Source of the DNA: Marsupella aquatica
Taxonomy: Eukaryota; Plantae; Marchantiophyta
NCBI GenBank assembly: GCA_973895155.1
Contig: OZ316893.1
Location: 26,772,798 to 26,836,797, forward strand
Direction of reading: 5' to 3'
DNA: 64,000 nucleotides
The notes beneath the pieces are model-generated. The model ran no database searches. It saw nothing but the letters and a program-made list of their open reading frames with translations, and was not told the origin of the DNA. The stretch's first letter is position 1; the number at the start of each line of letters is the position of its first letter. The position numbers and the translations under genes were made by a program. Shown here in pieces: positions 1 through 13,591 of the stretch.

Positions 1-154
1 GCTTTTTGGCACCAAATTGACTTTTTGGCATGGCAAAGTTGATTAAGTTTTTGAGAATTCTTGCAGGGGTGCTCTCAGGAGAGTTAGCAAGGGGCTGGGA
101 TATTGGTTTAAAAACTGCTATGGCTAGAATTTTTTTTAAGCATTATGTTCTCAA

Positions 155-197
155 GGGGTCCAAAATGACATTTTGACCCCCTCTGAATAACGATTAA
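155..197. mobile_element. Possible end of a piggyBac-like non-autonomous element
   Basis: Imperfect palindrome ggggtccaaaatg-a-cattttgacccc (155-180) followed by gaataacgaTTAA (TTAA at 194-197). The other end is not in the window. Confidence 0.35.
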
Positions 198-3100
198 TAA
201 ATCATGGCTTTGGAGTTTTGAAAATAGCTTGTGAATAGTGGTAGGTGCCTCGCCGCCACATGAGAGTGGTCTGGGAATTCAACTTAGAGAATTTTCAATT
301 TTTGTCATTTTTTGGTAAGGTGTAAGAGTGTGGTCTTGGAATTCTTGTACTGTACCATCCAGATTGCAATTAGAAATTGAAGCTCCATAGTTTATGATGA
401 AAGCGTCAACCAAAATGGCCAAAAATTCACCCTTCGCTTTGATGGAAGTGTTGCTTCACGTACTCCCCTAGCACATCTCAAAACATAAAAATTATGACAA
501 TCAAATTCAAAATTGGGAAATGTGATTTGTGGGGGTTTCAAAGACTATTGTAGTCCATGGGGCCTTTAATTGAAAGACTCTTGTAGTCCATGGGGCCTTC
601 AATTCTGTATTAGAAAAGGCGAAACCTTCATTAGGGCATCTCAAAGCACGGCCGTAATGAGTTGGCCATAAGGACCAAGTTAGGGGAACGGCCATAAAAG
701 TTGCAGGAGGCCAAAACAGGCTTCCGTAACTTAGTATCGCGGTTGCTGACCAAAACTCATAACTTTAACTCTGAGACTTTGAATTTGCATTATCACAACA
801 TAGAGTTATCGCAACATTGTGTCATCTGACTAGGGACAGACTACATCAGTCACTGTGTATTGTTAAAATGCTCTTGTGACCACTTATCAAGGTAATAAAC
901 TTGGGCTTGTCGTACAGGGATGGGCCAAAAGTAATTACTCTAAGAGTGAGGACTCTAACTCATCCCTTATGACACTAGTCAATACATATCCCCCCACAAC
1001 CAATGGTCTGTAAAATAAATCTGGTCATAAGATATTTTAACGCTAACTTTTCCTGACTGCACTCGTTTCTTTGAGACGCCCTACTTGTTTTAAAATTCTT
1101 CAAAATCACCCACTATGAGACCTCAGTCTGAGCACTATATACTAACGAGGTCTATGGTACATCTAGATCGTGACGCTTCCGACAAGGTACTGTAGAAGAA
1201 TGATGAGGAACCTAAGCTTTACAAACCCTACCTATTTATTGGTGACCGAAATCCTGGTCTGGCTAATCCTCGCCGTCGTTTCCCCTGACTCCCTCCAAAT
1301 GAAGCTTGCGATCAACGGTGAACACGGCCAGGATGCTGGAAATTAGTACGAGTACCAATCTCTCCGTACTGGTTAACTTTAGAGGGTAAGTTAAGCGAGT
1401 TGGTGAGCCGCTCTATTGTGGCGACTCCCGGAAATAGCGGCGTGCATATAAACTCTGCCCTCCACACATGGCCGCAAAAGGAAAAGGGCTCCCACGGACG
1501 GGGAACAGTCAAACCTCAGCCACACTTCTTCTCTAAGAACGTTCTTCGCGGTGGCGACGGAGAACCAGAAACCGCTATAAGAAGCAGAAACCGCTAAGAG
1601 AACCCCACTAAAACATGAGATAGCGACAATGTTATTCCTGGCAAGCGAAAACGTGTTTTAGAAACTGGCCGGCTATAGTACTTTCGCCACTGGCCGAATG
1701 AGAAATCCAAGGGCCAATTAGATATTTAGGTGCAGCACAAAAATAGAAGGCGGTCTAGTCCTTTCGTGTAAAGGTTCCGCCCAATCCAAGTGTGCTGCCC
1801 GGAGCACACGAATTCTTTTAGCCAATCAAAAGTCTTCTACCCTGATAGGCCAAATCCACCCTATCACTAGCACCAATCTAATGCCCTAATATCATTACTA
1901 AATTATGTTTCACTAATTATTGGATTATCCCAGTTAATTTGGTATCTAAGTTTACTAATTAAACTGTCTTTTGTTTATCCACCGGTGTTCTAACGATACG
2001 ACCGTAAAAGACCAAATAACTGATGTTACAACGTTCTGGGAAGAGAGAGGTGAGTTGAAAGAAAGGCATAAACCATGTAGATTTCCGGATTTTTCCATTA
2101 GTATTTTAAAATAAATTAAACCCTTCCCGGGTTCAGACTAGGTTTACAGTTATTTGAATTATTTTTGGTTCCCCTCTAAATCAATCCATCCCAGTCATGC
2201 AGACTTTCTGAGCCCTTTCTGGCCATTTCATTGACACAAAGGGGTGTGATTTAGTGTTTGTAATATATTGGTAAAACAGAGTAGTGATAAATCCACAATA
2301 ACAGTAGATCTGTCCTAGTAGCGCTAAATACACCGAGTTCTCGCCAAAATCGAACTATGCTGCCCAGATAGCATCGCCATGCGTCCGGTCTGTTTCTGTT
2401 ATTCCGTGTTACACTTTTATTGGTGAACGAAAGGCTGCAATCAAGACAAAAAGGAAAGTTGTCGATCGCCCACCGCAAAGTCGCGTCATTCTCTCAACAC
2501 GGCCCCATGTAAAACTCAAATTACTTCGTGGACCCCTATCTGTTTTGATTGTATGTGAGGTATGTTTTGGACAATATGTGAAATAGATATGTCGGTGGGA
2601 TTGCTCATCGCTAAAGCAGATGGAATGGAAATAGTTGAATCGTTGGTGACCGCCAGTCTCTCGGCAGTCAGAGCTCTCACTGAGGACTAGGGTGATTTCC
2701 TCAAGAGAGACTATTGTTTGTTAGCCATGACTGAGAATTGCGCTTCTGACTGCCTCTCGTGTGCGGATGAACTTGACCTTCTGCTAAAGAAAGAGAAAAA
2801 GAGAGAGTCAATCTTGCTTTGCACTATCGCGTAGGAGAAACGAATAAAGCTTAGATTCGGACTCACTTCAATGGTTATTCAGGTTCGCGCGGAGCATGTA
2901 GCATGTCATTCCAGTGCTTTGTTTGTCTCATAGTCGATCGTCCTTCCTTCTGGACCTGTGCTTATGAGTTCTACTCATTTTTCTTCTTCCTGCCCCAATC
3001 ATCTGTCAGTGATTTCGTCTACTTCTGCTTTTGTTGAGTGTTTTCCAGGCTCTCGTTTCAAAGCCTTCGGGTACGAGTCTTTCAGGTTCAATTCTTGCGA

Positions 3101-5231
3101 TCCTTCTGCGCTTCCCGATTCTTGTTGTTGGAGACGTCAAGAGATCAACTAAGTGCCTTGAGTTCTATCCTTATGAAGTTGCTCGATTCTTTCCTTATGA
3201 AGTCGCTCGAGTTCCTCTTATCAATTCTCTATTCGGTTTGCTGTCCTTATGGATCCCTCCACGTCTGAAGATCGTATTTGTGCGCATCCCATTCATGCAT
3301 CATTTTTGTTCATGAAAAGCACCTTCCTCTAATCCCCCCTCCCATCCTTTCTGTCGACTACACTCTTTGATTGTCTGTGCTTTGCTCTGTTTTGTTCTTG
3401 TCGTCATTTGGAGTAGATTGTATTGCCACTACTGGATCGGGAAAGAGGACATTCTAGGATGGGGAGGTGTTCGTGTCAACCATTTTGCTCACTATTGAAT
3501 CGGTGACCATGTGGGCAGTCGGTTACTAGGGCCCAAGATTTAATTACGGAATTGAAACACAATTCACAAAAAATGGTGGGCAGTTGGTTACTAGGGGTAA
3601 ATAAAACCAAGGGTGGGCCTACTACTAACTGAACAGCGGGTAAATAAAACGGTTGTTTTTGAAATAAATTTACGTCATCTTTTACGGCATGGCGTTCTCA
3701 AATTTACCAAAAATTTGCAGCAAACACGAAAGGTGACATAATTTCATTGTGGAAACCAGTCCGTTCCTGTTTGCAGCACGCCATGATGATGTGGCGCGCT
3801 GTGGAGCCAGGAATTTTGGAAGGGACCTCTAGTGGGGTCCGTAACAAGGGGATGGGGGACCCCTTACATCGCCCACACGACTGGATCGCCACTTGGACAC
3901 GAAGAAGTGCCGCCGGGGAAGTCGCGCCCTGAAACCGGTCGCCCATCTGCCGCCCGGTGGGGACAGACGACATCCCGAGCGGGGCCCGGCTAGTCATCAC
4001 CTGGTGGGTTCCCTTGTGACGCGAGTGCCTGACCGCCGTCGACTATTGTCGCATGATGAAGCTCTACCACAGGGCTACGTTAAGACCGTCGACGTTGGGC
4101 CCTACGACCGGCTATGGAAACCGTGTCGCCGTCGACGTCGGTTCCTACGAGGGCATATACATAGTCGAGCCGGGCCCCCGTACGAACGGGTACGGGTTGG
4201 AAGGATCATGCTGATGATGATTTACGGATTAATTTATAGTCCTTGAGCGTGTAAATGGGTGAATGGACTGTTTTGAGGTGATACAGTAACAAATGGTGGC
4301 GAAGACGTGCTATCCTTTACCGTACCCCACCCACGCCAAATTTGGTTTGGCGAGGGGAAAAATATTGTGTGTAAGTTTTCCGGACCCAGGTAATTTTCCT
4401 GACCGAGGTAAGGTGAGGAGTTACATTTCAACCTGCGAAGTTTGCGGTTAATCCTTGGACCTGGTTCTCTTCAAAGGATTTGGGTTGGAGTGGAAAAAAT
4501 AGTTGGTCTCATTATCAGGCTTCTCAAAATTTCATAGTTATCGGTTTTGGTCTTAAAGAAACTATGAGATTTTCTGACATAGCTAGAGAGACATGAAGAA
4601 GTCTCTCTTCTTGCATTAAGACTGATGACAAAGTGCATGACTATCTCGAACTTGAAGTTGGAATTGGTTTTCCAATGCTTTGAGTCCTTTTTAGCTATGA
4701 AGCTAGCTTAAGTGAGAACTCTCTACTGGGAACTATGGGAGGTATGTGAGCAAGTTTCTGCCCAACAAATTGGGCCGGAGAAGGTAGCGGTCCTAATTCA
4801 GTATTCTTCTTATTATTTCTTCCAATCTTGAAGTTTGTTAGCAATAGTTCCAATTCAGCATGTTGGGCACCCATCCCTGCATGTTTAAACCATACCTGTC
4901 TCTATAAAGGGCTACGGGTAACCTGTAGCTCTCATTGTAAAGAGCACAGGTTCAAGAATGTACTTTGAGCTCCACAAAAGGTGTTGACTGCAAAACCTTT
5001 TTTTGACAAGTATTCTACAAAAGATGCTAGTATTCCACCTTTTATGGTGACTAGTGAGAGATGGAATGAGGCTTTTATAATGGCAGGTGTGATTTAATAA
5101 AATGAAATCAAGTAAGGGAGGTGTGTTGTTGTTAGGTGTCTTCAACCATACAATATCAACTTTGCCTGTTTTGGGAAACTTCTCTGTGGGGTGATTTAAT
5201 CTAGACCATTAAGAATTAGGTGATGTGAGGA

Positions 5232-5610
5232 CAATTTTGTAGTCGGGTTTGATTTACACCAGAGAGAATTTTGTGAATTGAGGAGTACAGTGACCGTACA
5301 TCTGCGACGGTCTGGAGAGAAAGAGATATGTTATACTAATATACTTAGTACGTGACTAAAATGGTCAGAAAATGCCATTTCGTTACTTTTCCTTTGTAAG
5401 TCGTGTGCGTTGGGAAGCTTCTTTGTCGTGTGATTTGAATTACGTGATTGGAGAACATTTTTGTTGTCGGGTTTGATTTACACTCGAGATCTTTTGTGAT
5501 TTGAGTACACTGACTGTACATCTGGGACGTTCTGGACGAGAGACATGCGTTATACTTAGTATTTGACTAAACTGGTCAGAAACTTCCATTTCCTTGCTTT
5601 CCCTTTGTGT
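5232..5610. repeat. Diverged direct duplication of about 170 bp
   Basis: gtcgggtttgatttacac...gagtaca.tgac.gtacatctg.gacg.tctgga...tacttagta..tgactaaa.tggtcagaaa appears at about 5240-5395 and again at about 5465-5610. Confidence 0.85.
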
Positions 5611-5689
5611 TCGTAGCCACAGTACCACATGTTGGATTACCTCTGGAGATTGTCCTAAAATAAACCCCATGATTCCTCTCTTTATCTCT

Positions 5690-6090
5690 CGTGTGTTTGT
5701 CCTGTTTGGTGTCTCCGTCTTTTCTTTCCACACTTCGTTCCGAACTTTTTTGCATTTTTTTTTTTTTTCGGTCTTCCAGCCGTCTTTACTACTCTATGTG
5801 TCCTATCTGGTGTCACACTGTTTTCTTTCCACACTTCGTTCCAATCTTTTTGCATTTTGGTTTTGTTTTCCCAGTCTTCCAGCCGTCTTTACGACACTGT
5901 GTGTGCTGTTTGGTATCACAGTCTTTCTTTCCACACTTTGTTCCGAGCTATTTGCATGTTGCTATTTTCCGGTCTTCCAGCCGTCTTTACGATTGTGTGT
6001 GTGCTGTTTGGTGTCGTCTTTTGTTTCCACACTTCCTTCCCATCTTTTTGCATTTTGCTTCGTTTTTGGTCCTCCAGCCGTCTTTACGTT
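5690..6090. repeat. Tandem repeat of about 100 bp, 4 copies
   Basis: The block gtgtg..ctgtttggtgtc...tttccacacttcgttcc...tttgcatttt...gtcttccagccgtctttac recurs four times. The overlapping hydrophobic ORFs are by-products of this repeat. Confidence 0.9.
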
Positions 6091-6109
6091 TCTTCCCCTA
6101 AAATCCCTC

Positions 6110-6940
6110 TGTTCGTTCCTTCCATGTCCTGGTTTGTCTCTCTCGCTGCTGAAATGGATGATAAGTCACTAAGTACATTATTATATTATTCTATCCCACC
6201 TCCGTGGCCAGGGAATTTTGAACCCCTGCCCTTTGCCTTTTGAAGATGGGGGACTAGGGGGTCTCAAAGATTGATCCATGTTTGCTCTAGATAAAATCTA
6301 TGGGCAGTGTGACCTGTTGAAAGTGTTGATGATTTCAATATTTTTTGAGTTAGTTTTTTTTTCAGTCTCTCAACAGCCAAGCTCTGATGAGGCAAACTGG
6401 CCATAGGGCAAAGAAGAAATTTTGCAAGTGTGTGGGTTAGGCAATGGCTCTGTTGCACATTGTAATTCCTGTCAGGAAAAAGGTTATCATTGTGTAACAT
6501 TTTTTACTAGGTGCTACCATTTCCATAACCCTATGTCCGGAAAATCTTATTTGATAATCTTTTCCCAAACAAGTAGTAAGTATGATCAAGACTGTTTGGG
6601 CTGGGGTTCATCTAAAACCTGTTCTCACAAAGTTCAGAAAAGCTTCTCGGCTGACCAGACCGTCATTACCCTATACTTCAACATATCCATGCCAAAACCA
6701 GACACTCACCTTCAGCCGTTGCCTACACACAATGTGCAAGTCAGACACCATGCAGACTATATTTGAGTTCCCCTAGTAGTCCCATGATCGTTCATTCCTT
6801 CCATTCTGGTCCTGGTTTGTCTCTCTCGCTGCTGAAATGGATGATACCCAAACATTACATCATTATTTATGCCGTCCCCACCTCCGTGGCCGGTGAATTT
6901 TGAACCCCTGCCCTTTGCCTCTTGAAAATGGGGGCCTACT
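6110..6940. repeat. Direct repeat pair of about 150 bp (6110-6260 and 6790-6940)
   Basis: gtcctggtttgtctctctcgctgctgaaatggatgata...cccacctccgtggcc.g.gaattttgaacccctgccctttgcct is present in both copies. Confidence 0.85.
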
Positions 6941-9068
6941 GTAGTAGTAGTCCCATGATCTCCGACGGACGGTCTGAACTGAGTTCTGAAAGGTACTTTC
7001 ACCCCACGTTTGGAAAGCAAGCGCAAAGACTCCCATAATCCTGCACGTTCCCCATTCGGGCCCATCGCTCTTGTTCTTGGAGATCATGGCATACCGTTTG
7101 CTTCTTCAGATTTTGGGGGCAAACGCAAAGCAAGCATAGTAATCATGCCATCCGGTACCCCACCAGAATCTCACTTAGGAGGGTCACCTAGATAGAGTAT
7201 CTCAAAATTCGGCGGGCGAGCATCATGACTACCAAACCTCGTTTCGAAACTTGGGGCCTACATTTGTTTGGGGCCATCGTGCAACAATGGTTCTCCGCAG
7301 GCAAGAATGAATCATACCAAACCCTACCAGTATCTCTAAACGTGACGCCTGTATTTTTGGCGGGGATGGATCATGGCAAACATTCCTTCGATGTTTGGGG
7401 CCTACATACGATGATTGTTTTTGGTGAGCAGCCATCACGTTGTGCGCTGTTTTTAGAGGGGGCCTACACTCTAACTTTTGTATTGTTTGCATACGAGCGA
7501 ATTTCAAATCTTAACTGCACTAGCCCGTAGCACAAGTTTTTTCTAGATGCGATTCAGATGAAATTGTCGTTAGATAACAACTTTATTGACATTTCGTCAC
7601 CTTTGAGTCTACGTGCTCTACCATGTAACTATAAGTCACTAACTGATGGAATCAGATGATACGTCCCATCGTTTCCCACCAAACTGAATTTAAATATGTA
7701 CAGTGTGTTTGAGTTTGTTTTTTATTGGGAGGGGGAAGGGCAAACCCCTGATTCTTTGTTCCAACGAAAGAAGGGCGACAGCTCAAAGAAAAAGGTACAG
7801 AAGAAGATGATGAATGATGATCTCGTAAAGACTAGGAATCCAGCTATGCACATCTCGCTGGCTAAGGTTATATGAGAGTCACACCATAGAAATTGAGATT
7901 AAGCTGTTGTATTCTCCTTCCCTGATGAGACTCGTTGTCTCATAGGTACAGTCGCTCCGAATCTTATAAAACTCACAAGAATATCTTTTATCCTAAGATT
8001 ACTAACGCTCAACAGTCAAGGGCTACACATCAAAGTTATGCTATGGTCACGCCTATTTTATGATTCTTTAGTTGGCATCTCTGTGGAGCTAATGACAATA
8101 TAATCAACCCTGAGTCCCAAAGGGTTTCTGAGAAACGATGGGAACTCCGATGAATAAAAGGATAAGACAAATCTAGAGGCTCAATCTCTCATTATACGTA
8201 GGATGATGACCCTGGCAGGCAAGAAATCACAAACTTGCAATTAAGATTTCTTTCAAATTGAGAAGTTTGCAATTGACTCTCGTCCTTTAATTAAATAGAA
8301 AGGCTGTGGCGTCACTTCCAATTTTTTATACATCACCTGAAACAGAAGTAAAGGTCGGTTTCTTTGAAGAAGAAAAGGGAATGTAAGTAAGTCATCAACA
8401 TAGTGGGTTGATAACTCATAGATTGCCTCCTGTTATCACATGATTGGTCCACACCAACCCTGCATCAACGTGTCACCATGTTATTTGCTTTTAACTTGCA
8501 TTGTCTTGAGCGGGTGTCTAAATAGGGACAGTCACATGCGGAATAGACTGAAAACTAAGTGACTTCCCAAATTTTCAGAAAGTTCCATTACATGTAAACA
8601 GCACCATGAAGATGCTTGCTTTGCGTGGTGGGGAGGATGCTACTAGCAACGTGTCCCCAAATGCTGTTGCTGTGGTGAGTCAACCTTGCCACCATTGCCT
8701 CTCCTGTTTCCTGTAATAAGTATTGTAACATTGTTTTGCCACAAATTTTGGTCTTTGTCTTGTGGTTGGATTGGGTCTGACTCTCTCCTAAGATTTTGCA
8801 ATGCCAATCATTGTGAGCTTACTAGAAAATGCTTCAAGTTAGTATTGAGGACCCATCAGATCGAGGAATCAATGGAGTCAATAGTGAAAAAAAAAAACTG
8901 ATTGAGTTAGGAGGCACGACTGGGTACCCTGTGGAGATCATTGAATTCATAAGATGACCATAATTAGAATGAAAAAAAGTCAAGACATAATCCAATTGTT
9001 CCACCCAGGCTTTTCTTGGATCTCAGCCATGCCTGAGAAATGGTCAAAGTCACTTCTTAGGAGGGCAT

Positions 9069-9330
9069 TGCTAGGCATTTACTCTTGAGTCTAGAGTTAC
9101 TCAGTGTCCACAGTTAGTCTAACCATAGCCAGTCTAACCGCAGTCACTCTATCCTTAGTCAGATACTTAATCATAAGGTTCGATGTGCCACTACTATATT
9201 CACTAGCAGGACTTAGCTTGTGAGTGAAACTTAGGTTCATTTTTACGGAGCCATTTATAAGATAGGGACTCGAGGTAGTGTGAGATACATGGGTAATCTT
9301 TCAATTCTAGCGGACCAATTGCAAAGCTAG
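9069..9330 (+). mobile_element. LTR-like repeat (probably Copia), with a second copy at about 38657-38850
   Basis: TGCTAGGCATTTACTCTTGAGTCTAGAGTTACT, preceded by purine-rich aggagggca (PPT-like). The homologous TGTTAGGCATTTACTCTTGCGTCTAGAGTTACT...atgtgccactacta...ttaggttcatt is at 38657. The right end is not defined. Confidence 0.5.
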
Positions 9331-12041
9331 AGACAAAGAATATAAGGCAAAAGCTTCCCCTGTGAAGGCTACAGTGTGCAACATTCACAACCATCCAATC
9401 ACATTCCCTCATGCTACAAAGGTATGGTGCTACACAACCTTCCCTCAGGCTTGTAAGGTATCACCCTACACATCTATGCTATGCACCATGATGGTAACAT
9501 GTGAGTAGACTCCTGGTGAGATAGGCATAAGCTCCTCAAGGTGGGATTTGGGATATTGTCTCCTGGTTTGGCCCTTTTTGTTCTTTCACATTAAGTTATA
9601 CATAATTTATATGGGCACAACCACGATTGAAGTGGAGGCGAGCATGGTGCGAAGTAAGCTAGGAAGTGATAGAGGCTGGGTAAGTGTGCCAATGGTCTAG
9701 TCTCCTCTTCTGCAGTCTCGGGACAACTGCACGGTCCAGGAAAGCAAGGGATGGGTTTTGTCAATTTGTTTGAAGTCTGGGTGCCTGTCATGTCTACTCA
9801 GCTTTTTTCTCAAATATTATATTTCACATTGCTCCTAAATGGAAGACCTTGTGTGGAGTGTGTAATGTACATGATAAGAATTATCCAGAATGGAGAGAGG
9901 AAAATAAGGGATAAACAACATTTTCAACGTGGAAGCTTCATAGCAATAATCTCATTCATCGAAGGGTTTGCCCCGGCCCAAGTTTCCCATCCGGTTGGAT
10001 GGCTTGCCTTCGTGGGCTGGGTTTCATTTTATCTTCTGATAAGAATTAAAAGATCTTATTGACTTTTTGTTTTAATGCCGCTATACGTGTCAACTCGTGG
10101 ACGAATGTCGTCTTTGTTATGTGACGCAAAGAAATATTTAACAGTGCTCCAGATGACGGTGTCATGATGCCCAGCAAATTTAAAGTATTATTTATAACTA
10201 ATCTTGGGGAAAGTAAACCATAAAACATTCGATATCATTACGAGAGAGCAGAGAAGACAACAGGAATTTAATGTGAGATTGGCTTTGGAAGAAAAGACGA
10301 GCGCGGGAAAGCAAAGCACCACAAAAGACGTCGCCGTATTTTTCGGTCAAACTATGGAGGGGAGACTGATAGCGCCCCCCGAGATTTAGCCATGCCCTAG
10401 TAAGTTGTCCAGCCTACTAGCGAGCGATCGACGGCTCCACATCGTACTGGAAATAGCGGCCCTCTAGGTTTAGCCAGACATGTCCGAGCTACGACTGTCA
10501 CGAGAGAGCAATCGTCACTTCAAAGATGGCGGCAGAGCACTCCCCCCGGAAAGATAGGGAACTAGGGAAGTCACACCTGGGCCCACTTAGCCTCATTAAT
10601 TCTAACTCATAAATGAGATCCTGTGGCTAAATCCCCCGATTACGGAGCCTAATCCAGTCGCTCCAGGAAAAACTCGAAAGGGTCTTCTAATCTTTTTCCC
10701 CACGTACAGGACCCCACTTTACTCTCACGTGGATGATATCCTGACACCCACGTCAATGCGCAGAACCATACGTTCTACCGTTCATTTCGCGTTTCAGTCA
10801 GGGAACCAGGGGCCCTCGAGCGGGCATCTGAGCCGTGCATGGGAGAAGATGGACGGCTCAGGGTCACTAGACCCGCTCCTGAAATTACGGGGATTCTGGC
10901 GGATTTAATTCTGTGGGAAATGAAATATCCGTGCCCGAGAATTGGTATAATTCGACGTGACGGTATACAGTAGAATGATTACTTCATGTTCACACCTCCC
11001 AATATTATTTTGCCAGTCCTGGAGGATATGTAGGGTTTATTTTATTCTTAAAGTGTCTGTCCAAATTGGCTTCGCACGTAGGGGAGGGGCACTGACCGCC
11101 CCTACCATATGATATGAACGAATTGAACTCCTTTGAATGTACTACAGTGGGGGTTTTTATTGGCAACAAACACACGCAGTGTGTCCTTTGAACTGTGCTA
11201 CCCACGTTCTCCAAAAGCTTAGGTCTGCCCCCTTTTCCGGACGGTTCGGGTTCCTTCGCCCCCTTAGGCATTGACCCCCCTTCCCAGCTGCATTGAAAAT
11301 TTGATTAAACCCTGAATTTCATCTCCATTTTGAAAAACGTTTTTCTTACTAAGATATCCCCAGAAATGCACAAACCTTCTCATGCCCCCCCTGGATTAAT
11401 CATAGCCATACATTCAAGTATTTGAATTATTTTGGCAAGTCCCATTCCTTGTAAGGGGGAAATATTGTAATAAAATTATTTCAGTGGAAACTGACAGGAT
11501 TCACACTCCATGGGGACATTATTTCTACCAACAAAAGCCTTCAAAATATCCTTGTCATTAGCTGAAACCCTGAGTGGGAGGATTGTTCAAGTTGCGATCA
11601 AGGCAGTGTGGAGACCAGAAGAATTCAGTCTAACTATTTTAGAAGGGTCAAAAACATTCTATTTCACTGTAGATGTGCATAAAAATGGTGGAAGGATATC
11701 CTACTAGCTTGAGACAAGACTTGATGCAAGGGTTCCCCACTTGACTCGCTTGCACTTCAATGAAATGCTGTTTCAAAACACATTTGGAAACATCTTCAAG
11801 TTCTAAGTTGATTAGAGCAGTGTCTTCCCCTACAAACATAACCTTGATAATAGTCACTTTGTATCAACTTACCCTATTCCAGAGTCATTTTGCATTACTG
11901 GAATTGTGTGAACTTACTCTATGTCAGATTGCCATATGTTGTCATTTTGCAATCCTGGAATTGCCTTGAAGCTGCTTCGTAGGTTCGATGCAGAAACCTG
12001 GTCTGGTCTGCTTCACTGCGTCCCCCAGAAATCATGGGATT

Positions 12042-12236
12042 AACTCGACTGCACAGTTCAGCTCATTCCTCAGGTCGCCGAGCAAGGTTCCATGGCAGGA
12101 GCAACATACAGTACTCCGTATGTTCAGATTGTTTTATAACTCGACTGCGAGTCTCACAGTTCAGCTCGTTCCCCAGTATGTCACGCCGAGCAAGGTTTCC
12201 ATGCCAGGAGCAACCTACAGTACTCCGTGTGTTCAG
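12042..12236. repeat. Tandem duplication of about 95 bp
   Basis: aactcgactgc...cacagttcagctc.ttcc.cag...cgccgagcaaggtt.ccatg.caggagcaac.tacagtactccgt.tgttcaga appears twice. Confidence 0.9.
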
Positions 12237-12882
12237 AGAAAATTGAGGGACAAGGGCAGAGCCTCACTTGTCAGTCAGGTATCTCTGGCAGCGTCGCTCT
12301 GATTCCGCAGTTTTGTTGTCCAACTGCAATTCTGACTCGGTTGCATTATTTGTCCGTTTCTCGGTTTGTTGTCCTCTATTTGGCCCTTTTTTTTGGCTCT
12401 TTCTGGTAAATGGTCACTTCGGACTCTGTTGCATTTGCCCTTTTGTTGGTGTTTGTCCTCTCTGGATCTCTTTTGCATGGTTAGCCCAATCGAGTAAACT
12501 GGGCCTATTCTAGCTCTGTCTGCATTTGCAAATTAAGTACCGAGTGTTTCGGTTCTGTTGTCTGGATCTCTTGTGCTTGTTTTGGCCCTTTCCATTAAAT
12601 TGGGCCTATTTTGGTGCTGTGCATTTTGAAATTAAGTACCGTCTGTTTCGGTTCTGTCTGCACTTTGAAGTTAAAGGACCGTCTGTTTCGGTCAAGGGCT
12701 CCTGGTTCCACTTGCCCTTTTCTTTTCAGTTTGGTGTTTGTAGTCTCTAACCCTTTTATTACGTTGTCCTTAGTTGGCCCTTTTTAGTAAGTAGGTCTGA
12801 TTCTGGTTCTTGGGGCACCGTCCCCTCAAGAGCACGAAGACCCATCTAAGGTCAAGGCTCCGGGTTCCATGCGAGGGGCAAA

Positions 12883-13591
12883 TGTTCTAGAGTATCTCTG
12901 TACTATACGATACGGTAAGGTACGGTATCTCCATACTCCATACCTCCGGCAGGGGCATCTGATACTGCAGTTTGTTTTTAACTAAACAAGGTCTTCCTTC
13001 CAGTTTGTTTCCGTCCCCACAGATGTCCAGAGTTTGATGCGAGAGGACATGTTAAAAAGAGGACCATATAATAATAACACGTACGGTAGTGAGGTGCTTC
13101 AGTCAAAGTTCGAAATATTGTATGGTTTATTTTAGCTTAAAGTTCAGTAGAAGAAGGACCCATCTGGCTTAGTTTTCGCTGGAAGGTACAGTCGATTGTG
13201 GGCGGGGTTTCATGCCCTGAGGAAGAGGGAAGGGAGGACTACCTTGGACACGTGGCGGGTATACGCGGAGTCATACTCGACTGTCAGCGCATTCGGTTCC
13301 CTAGGGACAATTTTAACCTGCCAAGGATTTTACCGGATTGCTATCACTGTTAGCTCAAGAAAGAAATAATTACTAATTAAAAAATTGGGCCCAGTAAGCA
13401 TTTGGGAATTTTTTCATGTAATTTTCAATGATATTGTAAGGCTTCATGTACCAACAATGACTTTTTGTGTACCTTGTTTTCAAAAGATCAAATGAAAATA
13501 GGAGAATGATATTCTGTACTTGAGTTATTTCCTGAAGTGAATATTAATGAATGTTTCGTGTCTGTCCTGCACCAGCCGGGATGGCACTACA
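12883..13591 (+). mobile_element. Putative 3' LTR of a Gypsy-type element
   Basis: PPT-like gcgaggggcaaa sits directly before TGT at 12883, and the candidate end is ...GCACTACA at 13591. A repeat-rich, T-rich region (11970-12860) precedes it. No partner LTR or pol sequence was found. Confidence 0.35.

Noticed and set aside
2950-3480. Gypsy 3' region (antisense coiled-coil remnant plus PPT-like tract at about 3450-3468)
   Set aside because: Plausible, but no pol motifs or matching LTR pair could be found, so it is not listed as a feature.
5594-6243. Hydrophobic ORFs of 128-192 aa as membrane proteins
   Set aside because: They are translations of the T-rich 100-bp tandem repeat, are open in all three frames, and show no domain signal.
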